From contig CBDEUM010000014.1 in NCBI GenBank assembly GCA_965242925.1, positions 416,001-480,000 on the forward strand: 64,000 bases of DNA, in the 5' to 3' direction. A program made the translations under genes and the position numbers. Shown piece after piece: positions 19,271 to 28,373 of the stretch. This stretch comes from Roseibacillus sp. GTDB lineage: Bacteria > Verrucomicrobiota > Verrucomicrobiia > Verrucomicrobiales > Akkermansiaceae. Position 1 is the first letter of the stretch. Every line of letters begins with the position of its first letter. The notes below the pieces were generated by a model, which ran no database searches, was not told the DNA's origin, and worked only from the letters and a program-made list of their open reading frames with translations.

Positions 19271-19358
19271 GGCGCACGCTTAGGGCCTGCCCCTGCAGGT
19301 CACGAGAAAATTCGTAGGAACATCCAACGGCCCCTGGAGGCGGAGCCCCCTGCCTCCC

Positions 19359-19538
19359 ATGGTCGCGCATTAACCCCTGACAGTCCTCCTGGTTGTCCTC
19401 GTCACCGGATGTGACCTTGCCTACCGTCTCAAGCTTGGCGGAATGCCCCTGATCTACCACCGGGGCCTCGATGGGGTGGATGACGGCGGCCTCCCCGGCA
19501 AGGACCTCGCCTGGCGATACCCGCCTGTCACTCCCTAG
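19359..19538 (+). pseudogene. Possible small lipoprotein ORF interrupted by an in-frame TAA at codon 5
   Basis: Reads MVAH*PLTVLLVVLVTGCDLAYRLKLGGMPLIYHRGLDGVDDGGLPGKDLAWRYPPVTP*, with a lipobox-like LVTGC. Confidence 0.3.
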
Positions 19539-19755
19539 CAGAATGCGGGGAACGCACCACGATCTACCCGCCCGAGGTTGCCCCGGAAGCTGTAACAGAA
19601 GGCCCTGGGCCATCATTCAGACCACTGTATCCGTGGACCTCCGCCCCCGAACCCCTGATTTCGCAGCATCTTCCGCCTCCACTCCCTCGAAATTCCTTGA
19701 CCGGGTGCAGGATCACCGCTTTTCTCCCCGCCCCGCAATCCAGCTCCTTCCAGCG

Positions 19756-20022
19756 ATGTCACGAGTCTGCAGCATTAGAGGTTCCCGCCCCCGCATGGGC
19801 CGCAAGATCCACCGTTCCGGATTGGCCAAGAAAAAGGGCGGGATCGGCCGTCACGTGACCAAGACGGTCAAGCGTTCGGTCTCCCCCAACCTCAAGAAGA
19901 AGAGAGTCTGGGTCCCCGAGCTGGGGCGCTACGTCAAGGTCAAGGCCAGTTGCAAGGCCTTCAAGACCATTAACAAGAACGGCGCCTACACCACCCTCCG
20001 GAAGGCAGGGTTGGTCAAGTAG
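19756..20022 (+). CDS. rpmB: 50S ribosomal protein L28 (PVC-type)
   Basis: MSRVCSIRGSRPRMG...GLAKKKGGIGRHVTK..KR...PNL..KRVWVPE. Confidence 0.95.
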   Translation: MSRVCSIRGSRPRMGRKIHRSGLAKKKGGIGRHVTKTVKRSVSPNLKKKRVWVPELGRYVKVKASCKAFKTINKNGAYTTLRKAGLVK

Positions 20023-20168
20023 GTCCATCCGGACGACGCCCCCCCAGGCGAGCCTTCCCGGCTTTCGTACCCCGGCCCGGGACTCCCGCCGCATTCTTGG
20101 ATCTTCACCACCGATCAACCTGGCATTCCCTTATCGCCTCTTCCGGGAATCCACTCTAGGCTCCTCCC

Positions 20169-20486
20169 ATGTTATTGTTGAGCACGACTGAAACGATACC
20201 CGGCCGGGAAATCATCGCACATGCCGGAGTAGTCTGCGGCAACACCGTCCGGGCCAAGCACCTCGGCCGCGACATCGCTGCCGGTCTCAAGACCCTGATC
20301 GGAGGCGAGGTCGGAGGATACACCGAGATGCTTGCCGAATCCCGCAACCAGGCGATTGAACGAATGATACAGTCCGCCCAGGAGTTGGGTGCCGACGCCG
20401 TTGTCAGCGTGCGGTTCACCACCTCCGCGGTGGCACAGGGCATGTCGGAAATGCTCGCCTTCGGAACTGCGGTGAAGCTCGCGTAG
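20169..20486 (+). CDS. YbjQ/UPF0145 family protein
   Basis: TTETIPGREI, RDIAAGLKTLIGGE..GYT, GADAVV.VRF, AFGTAV. Confidence 0.95.
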   Translation: MLLLSTTETIPGREIIAHAGVVCGNTVRAKHLGRDIAAGLKTLIGGEVGGYTEMLAESRNQAIERMIQSAQELGADAVVSVRFTTSAVAQGMSEMLAFGTAVKLA

Positions 20487-20498
20487 CCGATTTGACGG

Positions 20499-21788
20499 TC
20501 AGCCGTCCGCCACGCAAACCGTGAGAATGGCATCCCTCATCCCGTGGATCTTCTTCTTGTCCGCGGGGGCTACCGCGGCCAGACACCCCCCAAGGCAGGA
20601 CCTGCCCTCCTGATCAACGAAGTAATACGGACAGAGCCGAACCCGCCCCCGCATCGTTTCGATCGCTCCGGTCCGGGGATCATAGTAGGGATGCTCCACC
20701 ATCCGCGCTTCCCTGAACTCCTGCAGGATCCAGGGTTGAGAATCGAATTCCTCACAGGCCCGCTCCAGCGCCGCCGTCCACTCCTCCCCGGAAATATCGT
20801 GCCCGATGACTACTCCGCGGCTGCCCCAGGCCAGCTCACTGAAGCCGCTGACCTTGAGTACGAGGTGGCGCTTCTTCTGGCTGAAAGTCGCCAGCTGGTC
20901 CCACGAATTTACTTCCAGACGTGGTAAGGCCGCGTGGGGCGGCAGCGGAGTGGGATCCACGACCCAGCCGTAGGGGACCAGCTCCCGTAGCCGCCGCAGA
21001 TGACTTCCCCTCACCTCGGTCTCCCACACCTCCCGCAGGGAGGGGGACCACATCAGGGCGAGCCAGAGTTTCTCCTCGAAGTGCGGCTTGAAGGGCGGGG
21101 TGAGATCCGGGCGCCGGGCCAGAGAGCGCGCCGCAGGGATTGACTCCCAATCGAACAGTTCGAAAAAGCGGTAAAGCGCGGAAGCCGGGTTTGCGTCGCT
21201 GAACTCCTCCGCCGAGCCCATCCCCCACGGGCCTCCACCCCGGTCGTTGAGAGCCTCCACCAGCCACTCCATCTCCGGCCGATAATCTCCCGCCTCCTCT
21301 GAAATAAGCACCTCTCCGCCATCCGGCATGAGAGTGCGAAAGCCCTCCAGCATTCCTGAGCCCTCCCCCAGAACCTCGAAACCTGCCTCGCTGTAACGCT
21401 TCGAGAGCCACCCCGTGATTCCCATCCCTCCCGGCACCCCGTCCAGTTCGGTGAGTGCAAACCCATCCTCGGTGAGGAGGAGATCCGGCCGGATGACCCG
21501 GGGGGCCACCTCCCGGAGGTCATCCGAACGCTGTGCTTCAACCAACCAACCAGGCTTACCCGCATCCAGCAGGTCGGCAATCCATCCCGGCAGAGTCCCC
21601 TTGACGCTGCGGCGATAGATGCGGTCGCAGCCCAGCTGGAACATCCGCAGGGGATGCCCCAGCCGCTCAAGCTGCGCGACATCCGCCCCCGAGAGCCGCA
21701 CGGGCTCCGGGGAAAATAGCCATTCGCGATCCTCCCGAAAGCCCACCGCCGCGGCGTCGCTCATGAAGTCATCCAGCGCCAGTGCCAT
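20499..21788 (-). CDS. Circularly permuted ATP-grasp / glutathionylspermidine-synthase-like protein
   Basis: IRPDLLLTEDGFALTELDGVPGG, LVLK.SGFSE.AWGSRGV, WILQEF and RVRLCPY motifs. Confidence 0.6.
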   Translation of the reverse strand: MALALDDFMSDAAAVGFREDREWLFSPEPVRLSGADVAQLERLGHPLRMFQLGCDRIYRRSVKGTLPGWIADLLDAGKPGWLVEAQRSDDLREVAPRVIRPDLLLTEDGFALTELDGVPGGMGITGWLSKRYSEAGFEVLGEGSGMLEGFRTLMPDGGEVLISEEAGDYRPEMEWLVEALNDRGGGPWGMGSAEEFSDANPASALYRFFELFDWESIPAARSLARRPDLTPPFKPHFEEKLWLALMWSPSLREVWETEVRGSHLRRLRELVPYGWVVDPTPLPPHAALPRLEVNSWDQLATFSQKKRHLVLKVSGFSELAWGSRGVVIGHDISGEEWTAALERACEEFDSQPWILQEFREARMVEHPYYDPRTGAIETMRGRVRLCPYYFVDQEGRSCLGGCLAAVAPADKKKIHGMRDAILTVCVADG

Positions 21789-21881
21789 TCACAGGCCATC
21801 TGACCGTGGACCGAGCGGGACTGCAAACAGGAAACCCATATCCCGGCCCATCTCCCGCGTTCATGAAAGGACCCTTGAAAC

Positions 21882-22478
21882 TTAACTCAGCCCCCGCAAC
21901 GCCTCCCGGATGAGATCTTCTGCCGCCATCTCCGGCTCACGTTCCAGAACCGCCTTAATCGCCTTCCGGGCATCCACCTGCTTGAACCCCAGAGCCAGGA
22001 GAGCCAGCTCGGCATCCCGTGCCGGGGCTCCGGCTTCGGCTCCAGCCCCCCCCACCTGCCACGTCTCCGTCACTCCCACCTTGTCCTTCAGCTCCAGCAC
22101 AATCCGTTCGGCGGTCTTCTTTCCCAGACCCTTTATTGCCGAGAGCCCCTTCACATCCCCCTCCACCACCGCCTGCTTGAAGCGCTCCACGGGGAGGCCG
22201 CTCAATACCGCCATGGCGATGGCCGGGCCAATCCCGCTCACCCGGTCCACCAGCAGCAGAAAGATGTCACGTTCCTCCGAAGTGGCAAAGCCGTAAAGGA
22301 TGTGGGCATTCTCCCGGACATGCAGATGGGTGAGGAGAGTGATCTCCCCGCCCTCCCGCGGATTCAACCGATCGAAGGACGAAATCGGCACGAAAACTTG
22401 ATATCCAACTCCGCCCGCATCCACGACCAAACGGCTGGGAAGAGCCTCTACCACCTCGCCTCGCAAACGTGCGATCAC
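21882..22478 (-). CDS. ruvA: Holliday junction branch migration protein RuvA
   Basis: GTG start, IARLRG; GGVGY; LYGF...ER..F..L..VSGIGP; HhH GLGKKTAERIVLELKDK. Confidence 0.97.
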   Translation of the reverse strand: MIARLRGEVVEALPSRLVVDAGGVGYQVFVPISSFDRLNPREGGEITLLTHLHVRENAHILYGFATSEERDIFLLLVDRVSGIGPAIAMAVLSGLPVERFKQAVVEGDVKGLSAIKGLGKKTAERIVLELKDKVGVTETWQVGGAGAEAGAPARDAELALLALGFKQVDARKAIKAVLEREPEMAAEDLIREALRGLS

Positions 22479-22658
22479 TTTAGCACTCTTAATCAAATAA
22501 TAAGCGTAATCCAAGTCCAAAACCCCTTAGAATAGGGAATAGTTGGATTATTTCCTAAGTTTATTGAATATTTTACTTGCATGGAATATGAAAAAAAAGT
22601 GAACTGATTTCTTTTTGGTGTCGCACTTGTTCCAACTTGCTGCTACGCTATCTTCGCT

Positions 22659-22967
22659 ATGGCTACCACGAAAAGAACGCGCTTCTCACGTCGACTCCCC
22701 GATCATGTTACCGATGAACTGGTGAACGTGCTCGGTGCGGACGACAAGTTCTTCGGTTTCAACGACCTGTTTGAACTCGTCTATGACCGGCTGAAAAAGC
22801 GCAACGCAGTGAGTGGTGGAGAAGAGATGCTCCGCCTCCGCGCCTATGAAAAGCTGCAAAACCTTGTCACTCGCGGCCTCGTCGAGAAGAGTGGGAAGGA
22901 ATACAAGGGCCTTGATCGTATCGAAGAGGCTCACAGCGAGAATATCGCGGCTCAGCAACAGGCGTGA
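22659..22967 (+). CDS. Small hypothetical protein, possible winged helix
   Basis: 102-aa ORF divergent from ruvA; ends in YEKLQNLVTRGLVEKSGKEY, a helix-plus-wing-like segment. Confidence 0.8.
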   Translation: MATTKRTRFSRRLPDHVTDELVNVLGADDKFFGFNDLFELVYDRLKKRNAVSGGEEMLRLRAYEKLQNLVTRGLVEKSGKEYKGLDRIEEAHSENIAAQQQA

Positions 22968-23017
22968 GTTCGTAAAATCCGCAAATTCGTGCTGGTGAAG
23001 CCAGCACCCTGTCTTTT

Positions 23018-23056
23018 ACAAACCTGCGCCGCGCTTCGGTGCAGGTTTGTTTTTTT
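23018..23056 (+). terminator. Intrinsic terminator between the 22659 gene and nuoA
   Basis: 14-bp stem ACAAACCTGCGCCG/CGGTGCAGGTTTGT with a T run ending at 23056. Confidence 0.8.
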
Positions 23057-23064
23057 CGTCAGCC

Positions 23065-23436
23065 ATGCTCTCCGATTATCTTCCCGTCCTGATGCAGATC
23101 CTGGTCGCGATCGGCTTCTGTGCCTCCATGCTGACCGCCAGCGTCATTTTCGGGAAGCTCGGGCGCCCCTCCGGGGTGAAAAACGTTCCCTATGAGTGCG
23201 GCATGTTGCCCGTGGGCGAAGGAGCTCCCCGTTTCAGTGTGAAGTTCTACCTCGTGGCCATGCTTTTCGTGATCTTTGATATCGAAGTTGTCTTTATGTA
23301 CCCTTGGGCAGTCCAGTTCAAGGAACTGATCGCCACCAGTGCAATGGCCCTCCTCTCCATGGCCTGCTTTGTAGCGGTCCTGGGCGTGGCCTACCTCTAT
23401 GTCCTCAAGAAAGGCGCCCTGAACTGGAAGGCCTGA
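23065..23436 (+). CDS. nuoA: NADH-quinone oxidoreductase subunit A
   Basis: PYECG, RFSVKFYLVAMLFVIFDIEVVFMYPWA, KKGALNW. Confidence 0.96.
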   Translation: MLSDYLPVLMQILVAIGFCASMLTASVIFGKLGRPSGVKNVPYECGMLPVGEGAPRFSVKFYLVAMLFVIFDIEVVFMYPWAVQFKELIATSAMALLSMACFVAVLGVAYLYVLKKGALNWKA

Positions 23437-23437
23437 G

Positions 23438-23755
23438 ATGATCGCCCATCTTCTCCTCTACAAGCTCCGGCGCGATGTGGATGAGACCCGTCTCGAGGAA
23501 ATGGTGCGCTCGACGCGAAGCATTCTCCTCAAGATCCCCGAAGTCCTCCGTGTGCACTCGGGCCGCAATGTGGAGCAGGAATCAGAATGGGCCTTCTTCG
23601 TCTCCTTCGAGGTGGAAAGCCTCGACAAGCTTGGCATGGTTGAGGAGGACGCACGCTACCTGCGCTTCCTGCGGGATGTCATTGACCCGAACACCGACGC
23701 CCGACAGACCTTCAGCTTCGAGACCGATCCCTCCAAGGATCTGCGCTACTCGTAA
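23438..23755 (+). CDS. Dabb (stress-responsive A/B barrel) family protein
   Basis: MIAHLLLYKL...LLKIPEV...SGRNV...FES pattern. Confidence 0.8.
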   Translation: MIAHLLLYKLRRDVDETRLEEMVRSTRSILLKIPEVLRVHSGRNVEQESEWAFFVSFEVESLDKLGMVEEDARYLRFLRDVIDPNTDARQTFSFETDPSKDLRYS

Positions 23756-23787
23756 TCGATCTCCCGGTGTTCGCTGGAAGAAGGCCC

Positions 23788-24972
23788 TCAGGACGCCAGC
23801 ATGAGTGCAACCGCCACCAGGGCGGCAGCTGACAAAACGACCAGAGATCCTCCCCCAAAGAGGAGGTCCAGCCAGTTGGCGCGGGGACGACGGGCAGAGC
23901 GGGACCTGGGAAAGACGATCGCGGCGTAAAGCATCCCGGCCACCAGGCCACCCCCGTGAGCGTAGTTGTCGATGAAGTTGTACCCGACGAAACCAACGAG
24001 GAAGGTGAGGACAAGAGCCGCGAAGAGGCGGCGGCGAGTCGGACGGGGGACGAGAAGAGGGTGGAGGGTCTCAAACACAAGGAGAAACCCAAGCAGCCCC
24101 AGCAATCCCCCGGAAGCACCCACCGAGTCTTGATCGGGGAGGAGCTGCGCGGTGGTCACTCCCCCGGCCACCATGGCGACAAGAAAAACAAGGGCAAGAT
24201 GCGGCCAGCCCGCCAGAGCCTCCACCCGCCGACCGATGTAGCACAGTCCCGCCGCATTAAGGGCCCAGTGCAGAGGATGTCCGTGAAGGAAGGGCGCCGT
24301 GAACAGGCGGTAGAACTCCCCGGACTTGTAGCGCGCCTTGTCCAATCCCGCCGCCTTCACCGAGTCATCCATTTCCACCCAGATCTGGACCGCACCCACC
24401 ACCACCAGAAGAACGATAATAATCCAGGTGCAGAGGCCGCGCTCCCTCCTCAGCCATCGCTCAAAACGGGCTTCCTGTTCCTCTTCCCCAAGGCGTTGCT
24501 CATTCAACTCCCAGGCGGACTTGCGGGCCTGCCTGGCATCGTACCAGGGAACGAGCCCTAAAATGATGAGAAGGATTCCAGCCAGGCCCACCTCGATGGA
24601 CTCGGTAGGCACGATGCGATTGGCCAAGTTCGCATAGAGAGCCCAGAGAAGAATTAGAGAGAATATGAGAGTGTTCCGCCTGGCATCAGACGCATCCACC
24701 TCCGCCACATCGACAAACCGCTGCCGAAGCGGTTCCAGCAAGTCCTTCACCGCTTCAGGGGGAACCATCCCCTCTCTCTGCGGAGTCCACACCGCTACAA
24801 CACTTTCCCGGCTGCCGCGCACATGAGCCCCCAACGCTTCGAGGCTCTCGAATTCGCACCGACGTCCCTTCCGCGAGAGTGCACCATAGGCGACATTCTC
24901 CGGCTTTTCCGGATAAATGTCCGGCGACGCCCAAGCCGGTTGTTCGGAAGTCTCGGTCACGCTACTGATCAT
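23788..24972 (-). CDS. Rhomboid family protease with extended N-terminal region
   Basis: YRLFTAPFLHG..LHWALN, SVGASGG and AHGGG motifs. Confidence 0.9.
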   Translation of the reverse strand: MISSVTETSEQPAWASPDIYPEKPENVAYGALSRKGRRCEFESLEALGAHVRGSRESVVAVWTPQREGMVPPEAVKDLLEPLRQRFVDVAEVDASDARRNTLIFSLILLWALYANLANRIVPTESIEVGLAGILLIILGLVPWYDARQARKSAWELNEQRLGEEEQEARFERWLRRERGLCTWIIIVLLVVVGAVQIWVEMDDSVKAAGLDKARYKSGEFYRLFTAPFLHGHPLHWALNAAGLCYIGRRVEALAGWPHLALVFLVAMVAGGVTTAQLLPDQDSVGASGGLLGLLGFLLVFETLHPLLVPRPTRRRLFAALVLTFLVGFVGYNFIDNYAHGGGLVAGMLYAAIVFPRSRSARRPRANWLDLLFGGGSLVVLSAAALVAVALMLAS

Positions 24973-25022
24973 GCGGTCTTTTACCGCACACGCAATGAGA
25001 ACGCTGGATGACTGGCAACAGC

Positions 25023-25529
25023 CTACGGCTGTTCCGGTGCAGGTACCGGCGCGGGCTCTGGTACAGGTACCGGCGCGGGCTCTGGTGCAGGTGCAGGCTC
25101 GGGGATGGTTCCCGGAACCGGTTTCTCCGGCTTCACGCCCTCGAGGGCTCTCTTCAAAGCCTCGCTACGGGCATCGTCGCCATTCTGGTTGCCGGTCTCG
25201 GTTCCGCCTTCAGGATCGGCTTGCGGAACCTCGGGCGCCATGGCGGAATCCGTCGCAGGCGGTGGCGGGTCGACAATCCCCTTCTCGTAGTTTCGATTGG
25301 CAATAAGAATGGAGAGCACCAGGGCGAGAAGGAGGAAGGCGGTTCCAAAGTAGGCCGTTCCCTTCTGCAGCACGTTGGTGGTCTGCGCGCCGAACATCTG
25401 ATCGGTCATCCCGGATCCAAAAGCCGCCCCCAGACCCTCCTGCTTGGGACGCTGCATGAGCACCACGAGAATGAGCAGCGCACTCACCGTCACAAAAGCG
25501 ATGAGCATAAGGTTGATCAGGATATTCAT
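25023..25529 (-). CDS. secG: Preprotein translocase subunit SecG with long Pro-rich tail
   Basis: LILVVLMQRPKQEGLGAAFG...NVLQKGT; two TM helices. Confidence 0.93.
   Translation of the reverse strand: MNILINLMLIAFVTVSALLILVVLMQRPKQEGLGAAFGSGMTDQMFGAQTTNVLQKGTAYFGTAFLLLALVLSILIANRNYEKGIVDPPPPATDSAMAPEVPQADPEGGTETGNQNGDDARSEALKRALEGVKPEKPVPGTIPEPAPAPEPAPVPVPEPAPVPAPEQP
25036..25092. repeat. About 2.4 copies of a 24-bp tandem repeat in the secG tail
   Basis: GGT(G/A)CAGGTACCGGCGCGGGCTCT repeated; encodes PEPAPVPV/PEPAPVPA units. Confidence 0.85.
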
Positions 25530-25615
25530 GCAGACCAGAAAACGAGGGGGGCGGGACTATGGTAGCGCTTCTGCAGCTTGTAAAGCAAGTTCCAATAACT
25601 GCCTTTGTCTACTCC

Positions 25616-25628
25616 TAAGTCATTGATA
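25616..25628 (-). promoter_or_regulatory. IHF-consensus-like site in the divergent secG intergenic region
   Basis: Minus strand TATCAATGACTTA matches WATCAANNNNTTR, in AT-rich DNA. Confidence 0.35.
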
Positions 25629-25980
25629 TTAAATTGGATAGGGATGACTAGAGCGAAGCCATCCGAACGCAAGGCCTCGCCGTGAAGCACTCTCCCTCCT
25701 TCCGCCCGGGATTCCTGAAACAACCAGTCGGAGGCGGGAAGAAGCGAGACGCCCTTTCCGGCACTCACCAGAAGAGATCACCCCGCGCCACCTGACCAAA
25801 AACACCGCTCCACACAATTCCGGAATCCACACCTCAAGGAGGATCCCGTTCAAACTAGATTATTTGTCTTTCGTAAATATCAGTTTTAACTGTAGAAATT
25901 CCTTCTTGAGCGAGGTGGCCGACATCAACACCAGAACACGTCTACGTAGCAATCCGGCCCGGGGCTTTCCCGGCAGAGGA

Positions 25981-26706
25981 ATGTTCTGCCCTCATTGCCG
26001 CGGGGAACTGGAGAAGGTGGTGGAGACCTGCCGGCGATGCGGGTTCAGCCTCAACGAGTGCCAGAAGTCATTTCCCTTCGTGGCTCCACCACTCACATTG
26101 ATCATCGATCCCTCACAATTTCTGCCTACCGGAATCGAGAAGGATCTGCACAAACCCTACCGGAAATTCCGCAAATGCACCCCCCAGGTGGACATTTGCT
26201 TCTGTTTTGTTCACCTGCAGGTGGAGAGCCCGCTCGAGGAGTTCGCCTTCTGGCTGCACAATACAGCCCCCGGAGCGGACCATGCCCGTGCCTGGCAGCT
26301 CCTCGTGGTCGGTGATCTCACCTCGGGCCGCCTGACCCTCACGGGTGGTTATGCCTTGGAACCCTTCCTCAAACAGGAACTCTGGGAGGCCGCGCTCCAG
26401 GAACTGGCCGCCTGCTTCAGCGACGAACAGTGGAAGGAGGGACTCCATGGATTCCTCACCGAAGCACGCAATCTCCTCACCGCCGCCTGGCAGGCGATCG
26501 AGGGGTGCCGCCAACCCAATCACCGCCCAAATCCTGCAAAATCCCAAGGCCTGCCGGAGGACCAGGAACCGGAACACCCGCAACGCGCGGGAAAACCCGA
26601 AGCCCCGCGATCGGAAGCCTTCCCTTCTGACACACGACCGGGATCCCTCCCGGCCTCCCTCCAAATGGAACGGGAAAGCCACCGGAAAGAATCCGCCACT
26701 CCCTGA
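25981..26706 (+). CDS. Zinc-ribbon (CPHC/CRRC) plus TPM-like domain protein
   Basis: N-terminal CxxC-x10-CxxC. IIDPSQFL..., LTLTGGYALEPFL resembles the TPM GYGLE motif. Confidence 0.65.
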   Translation: MFCPHCRGELEKVVETCRRCGFSLNECQKSFPFVAPPLTLIIDPSQFLPTGIEKDLHKPYRKFRKCTPQVDICFCFVHLQVESPLEEFAFWLHNTAPGADHARAWQLLVVGDLTSGRLTLTGGYALEPFLKQELWEAALQELAACFSDEQWKEGLHGFLTEARNLLTAAWQAIEGCRQPNHRPNPAKSQGLPEDQEPEHPQRAGKPEAPRSEAFPSDTRPGSLPASLQMERESHRKESATP

Positions 26707-26716
26707 TCCTGATCCG

Positions 26717-27466
26717 ATGAACCTGCGGCTTCTCTGTTGCCTGTCCCTGCTCCTGCCAGGAGTGGCGACGGGCCAAGCCATTGACTTCCCGCACCCTCCA
26801 GCCGGTCAAGTGCTCGATGCCGGCGGCTGGCTGGGCGAGGAGCGCAGGTCCCGCCTTGAGGAAGAGCTGGGCCGCTATCGGGCAAGCCATGCTCTCGACG
26901 TTCTGGTGGTTCTGTGGGACCGTGGCCTTCCACCCGAAACCACCCTTGAGGGCCTGGCCAGACGGGTTGGGGAAACCTGGGCCCGCCATGACCTGTGGGC
27001 GGTCGTCCTGCACGTGCCCGATTCACTTCTGCGACCTGTCGTGGTCTTCGGGGGCCGCGCCAGCACGCACTACGAGGATGAAGACGCCGGCCTCGCACTA
27101 CACAATGCAGTTTCCCGCGGGATGAAGGAGCGTAACACGAGGGCTCAGGTGGAGGCCCTTGGCCTTGAGCTCGGAGAGGAATTCGTCTTCCTGAAAAACC
27201 GTGCTGCCCATAAACGCAGGCAGGTCATGCTGATCCACGACCAACAGCACCTCGTCAAGAACGAGCGCTCCCAGTCCATTATTTCCCGGATCTTCGTTGC
27301 CGCCATGCTCACTCTCCTTCCCGTCGGGGTGGTCGCCGTCATCCACGTTGTCAAACGGCGCCCATCTGACCTCCGCTTCCCCGAGACCCAATGGCGACGC
27401 CGGCTTGGGGCGACTTGGAGTGGCGGGAGCCGGATCGTTGTCTCTCTTCCTCCCCGCGTTTCATGA
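26717..27466 (+). CDS. TPM-domain membrane protein
   Basis: Signal peptide; QVLDAGGWL..L..Y....DVLVV..LA..W TPM pattern; C-terminal TM helix. Confidence 0.75.
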   Translation: MNLRLLCCLSLLLPGVATGQAIDFPHPPAGQVLDAGGWLGEERRSRLEEELGRYRASHALDVLVVLWDRGLPPETTLEGLARRVGETWARHDLWAVVLHVPDSLLRPVVVFGGRASTHYEDEDAGLALHNAVSRGMKERNTRAQVEALGLELGEEFVFLKNRAAHKRRQVMLIHDQQHLVKNERSQSIISRIFVAAMLTLLPVGVVAVIHVVKRRPSDLRFPETQWRRRLGATWSGGSRIVVSLPPRVS

Positions 27467-28323
27467 AAGGGCCCTCTTGTCAGCTTTCTGCAGTGCTTTT
27501 CGCCGGGGTCTATCTGCTGGCACTGGGCGGCTGCGGAAAGACTGCCGGCCCGGACACCACCGATAAACAGGACGGCCCCGAGGTGGCTTACTTCTCTCCC
27601 CTCTCCGGAGAATCCTGGAAATACAAGGTCCAGAAGGAAATCCCCGTCGAACTCCGCCTCTCCGAGGCTGATGCCGTACTCCGACCACAACGCACTGATA
27701 CCGCTCACCTCATCACCTTTGAGCAGATCCGCACCTGCACAGGCGAGCGTGAAATCGAAGCCCTCGGGAAGACGCTGACCACCATCGCCATCTCCGAGAA
27801 CGGAAAGGTCATGGGCGAGGAGCTCTATCAGATCGGGCCGGAGGGAATCCTGAGCTGGGGCTGGATTCCGGCAAACGTGAAGGACGGGGAAGGGCACCTT
27901 CTAAAGGAAGGCGTGGCTATCGCCATCCCGGACATGCAGCCGGGGCAGAGCTGGGAGTGGCTGGGGAAGGATCCCGGCAACCCATTTCTCTTCCGGGTGA
28001 TCGAGCGAGGAATGGTCACCGTTCCGGCAGGAACCTTCCAGGCCACCCGCATTCAGATCACCAGCGAGAAAATATCCCCTCACCCCGTTACCGGTGACGA
28101 TCACGTCACCTACCTCAAACGCAGCCTTTGGTTTGCAAAAGAGGTTGGCGTGATCAAGGAGGACATCGTCTATTACGGCGAGCAACACGTGCGGGTGAGG
28201 CAGCGTTCCGAACTGGTCCACTGGGTCGTGCCTCCCGGGGAACCGCCCCCGAAGAGAGTCATGGTGAACACGGATGGCACAGCCCCTGACGCTCCCGAAG
28301 CAGAGGAACCCTCCACTCCGTAA
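27463..28323 (+). CDS. Lipoprotein with VTVPAGTF motif (DUF3108-like)
   Basis: Lipobox LGGC; VTVPAGTFQATRI...WFAKEVGVIKE; ATGA overlap with the upstream gene. Confidence 0.75.
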   Translation: MKGPSCQLSAVLFAGVYLLALGGCGKTAGPDTTDKQDGPEVAYFSPLSGESWKYKVQKEIPVELRLSEADAVLRPQRTDTAHLITFEQIRTCTGEREIEALGKTLTTIAISENGKVMGEELYQIGPEGILSWGWIPANVKDGEGHLLKEGVAIAIPDMQPGQSWEWLGKDPGNPFLFRVIERGMVTVPAGTFQATRIQITSEKISPHPVTGDDHVTYLKRSLWFAKEVGVIKEDIVYYGEQHVRVRQRSELVHWVVPPGEPPPKRVMVNTDGTAPDAPEAEEPSTP

Positions 28324-28373
28324 GCTGCCCGGGAGAAACACCCCCGCCCCGGCGAGCTGGAGGAAGGAAGCAG

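Noticed and set aside
22480..22658. SOS box upstream of ruvA (also checked upstream of uvrA and recJ)
   Set aside because: No TGTTC-N4-GAACA (Verrucomicrobia-type) or CTGT-N8-ACAG palindrome seen; only an isolated TGTTC half-site.
25530..25980. tRNA or ncRNA near secG
   Set aside because: No cloverleaf or T-loop (GTTCRA) context and no convincing long stems.
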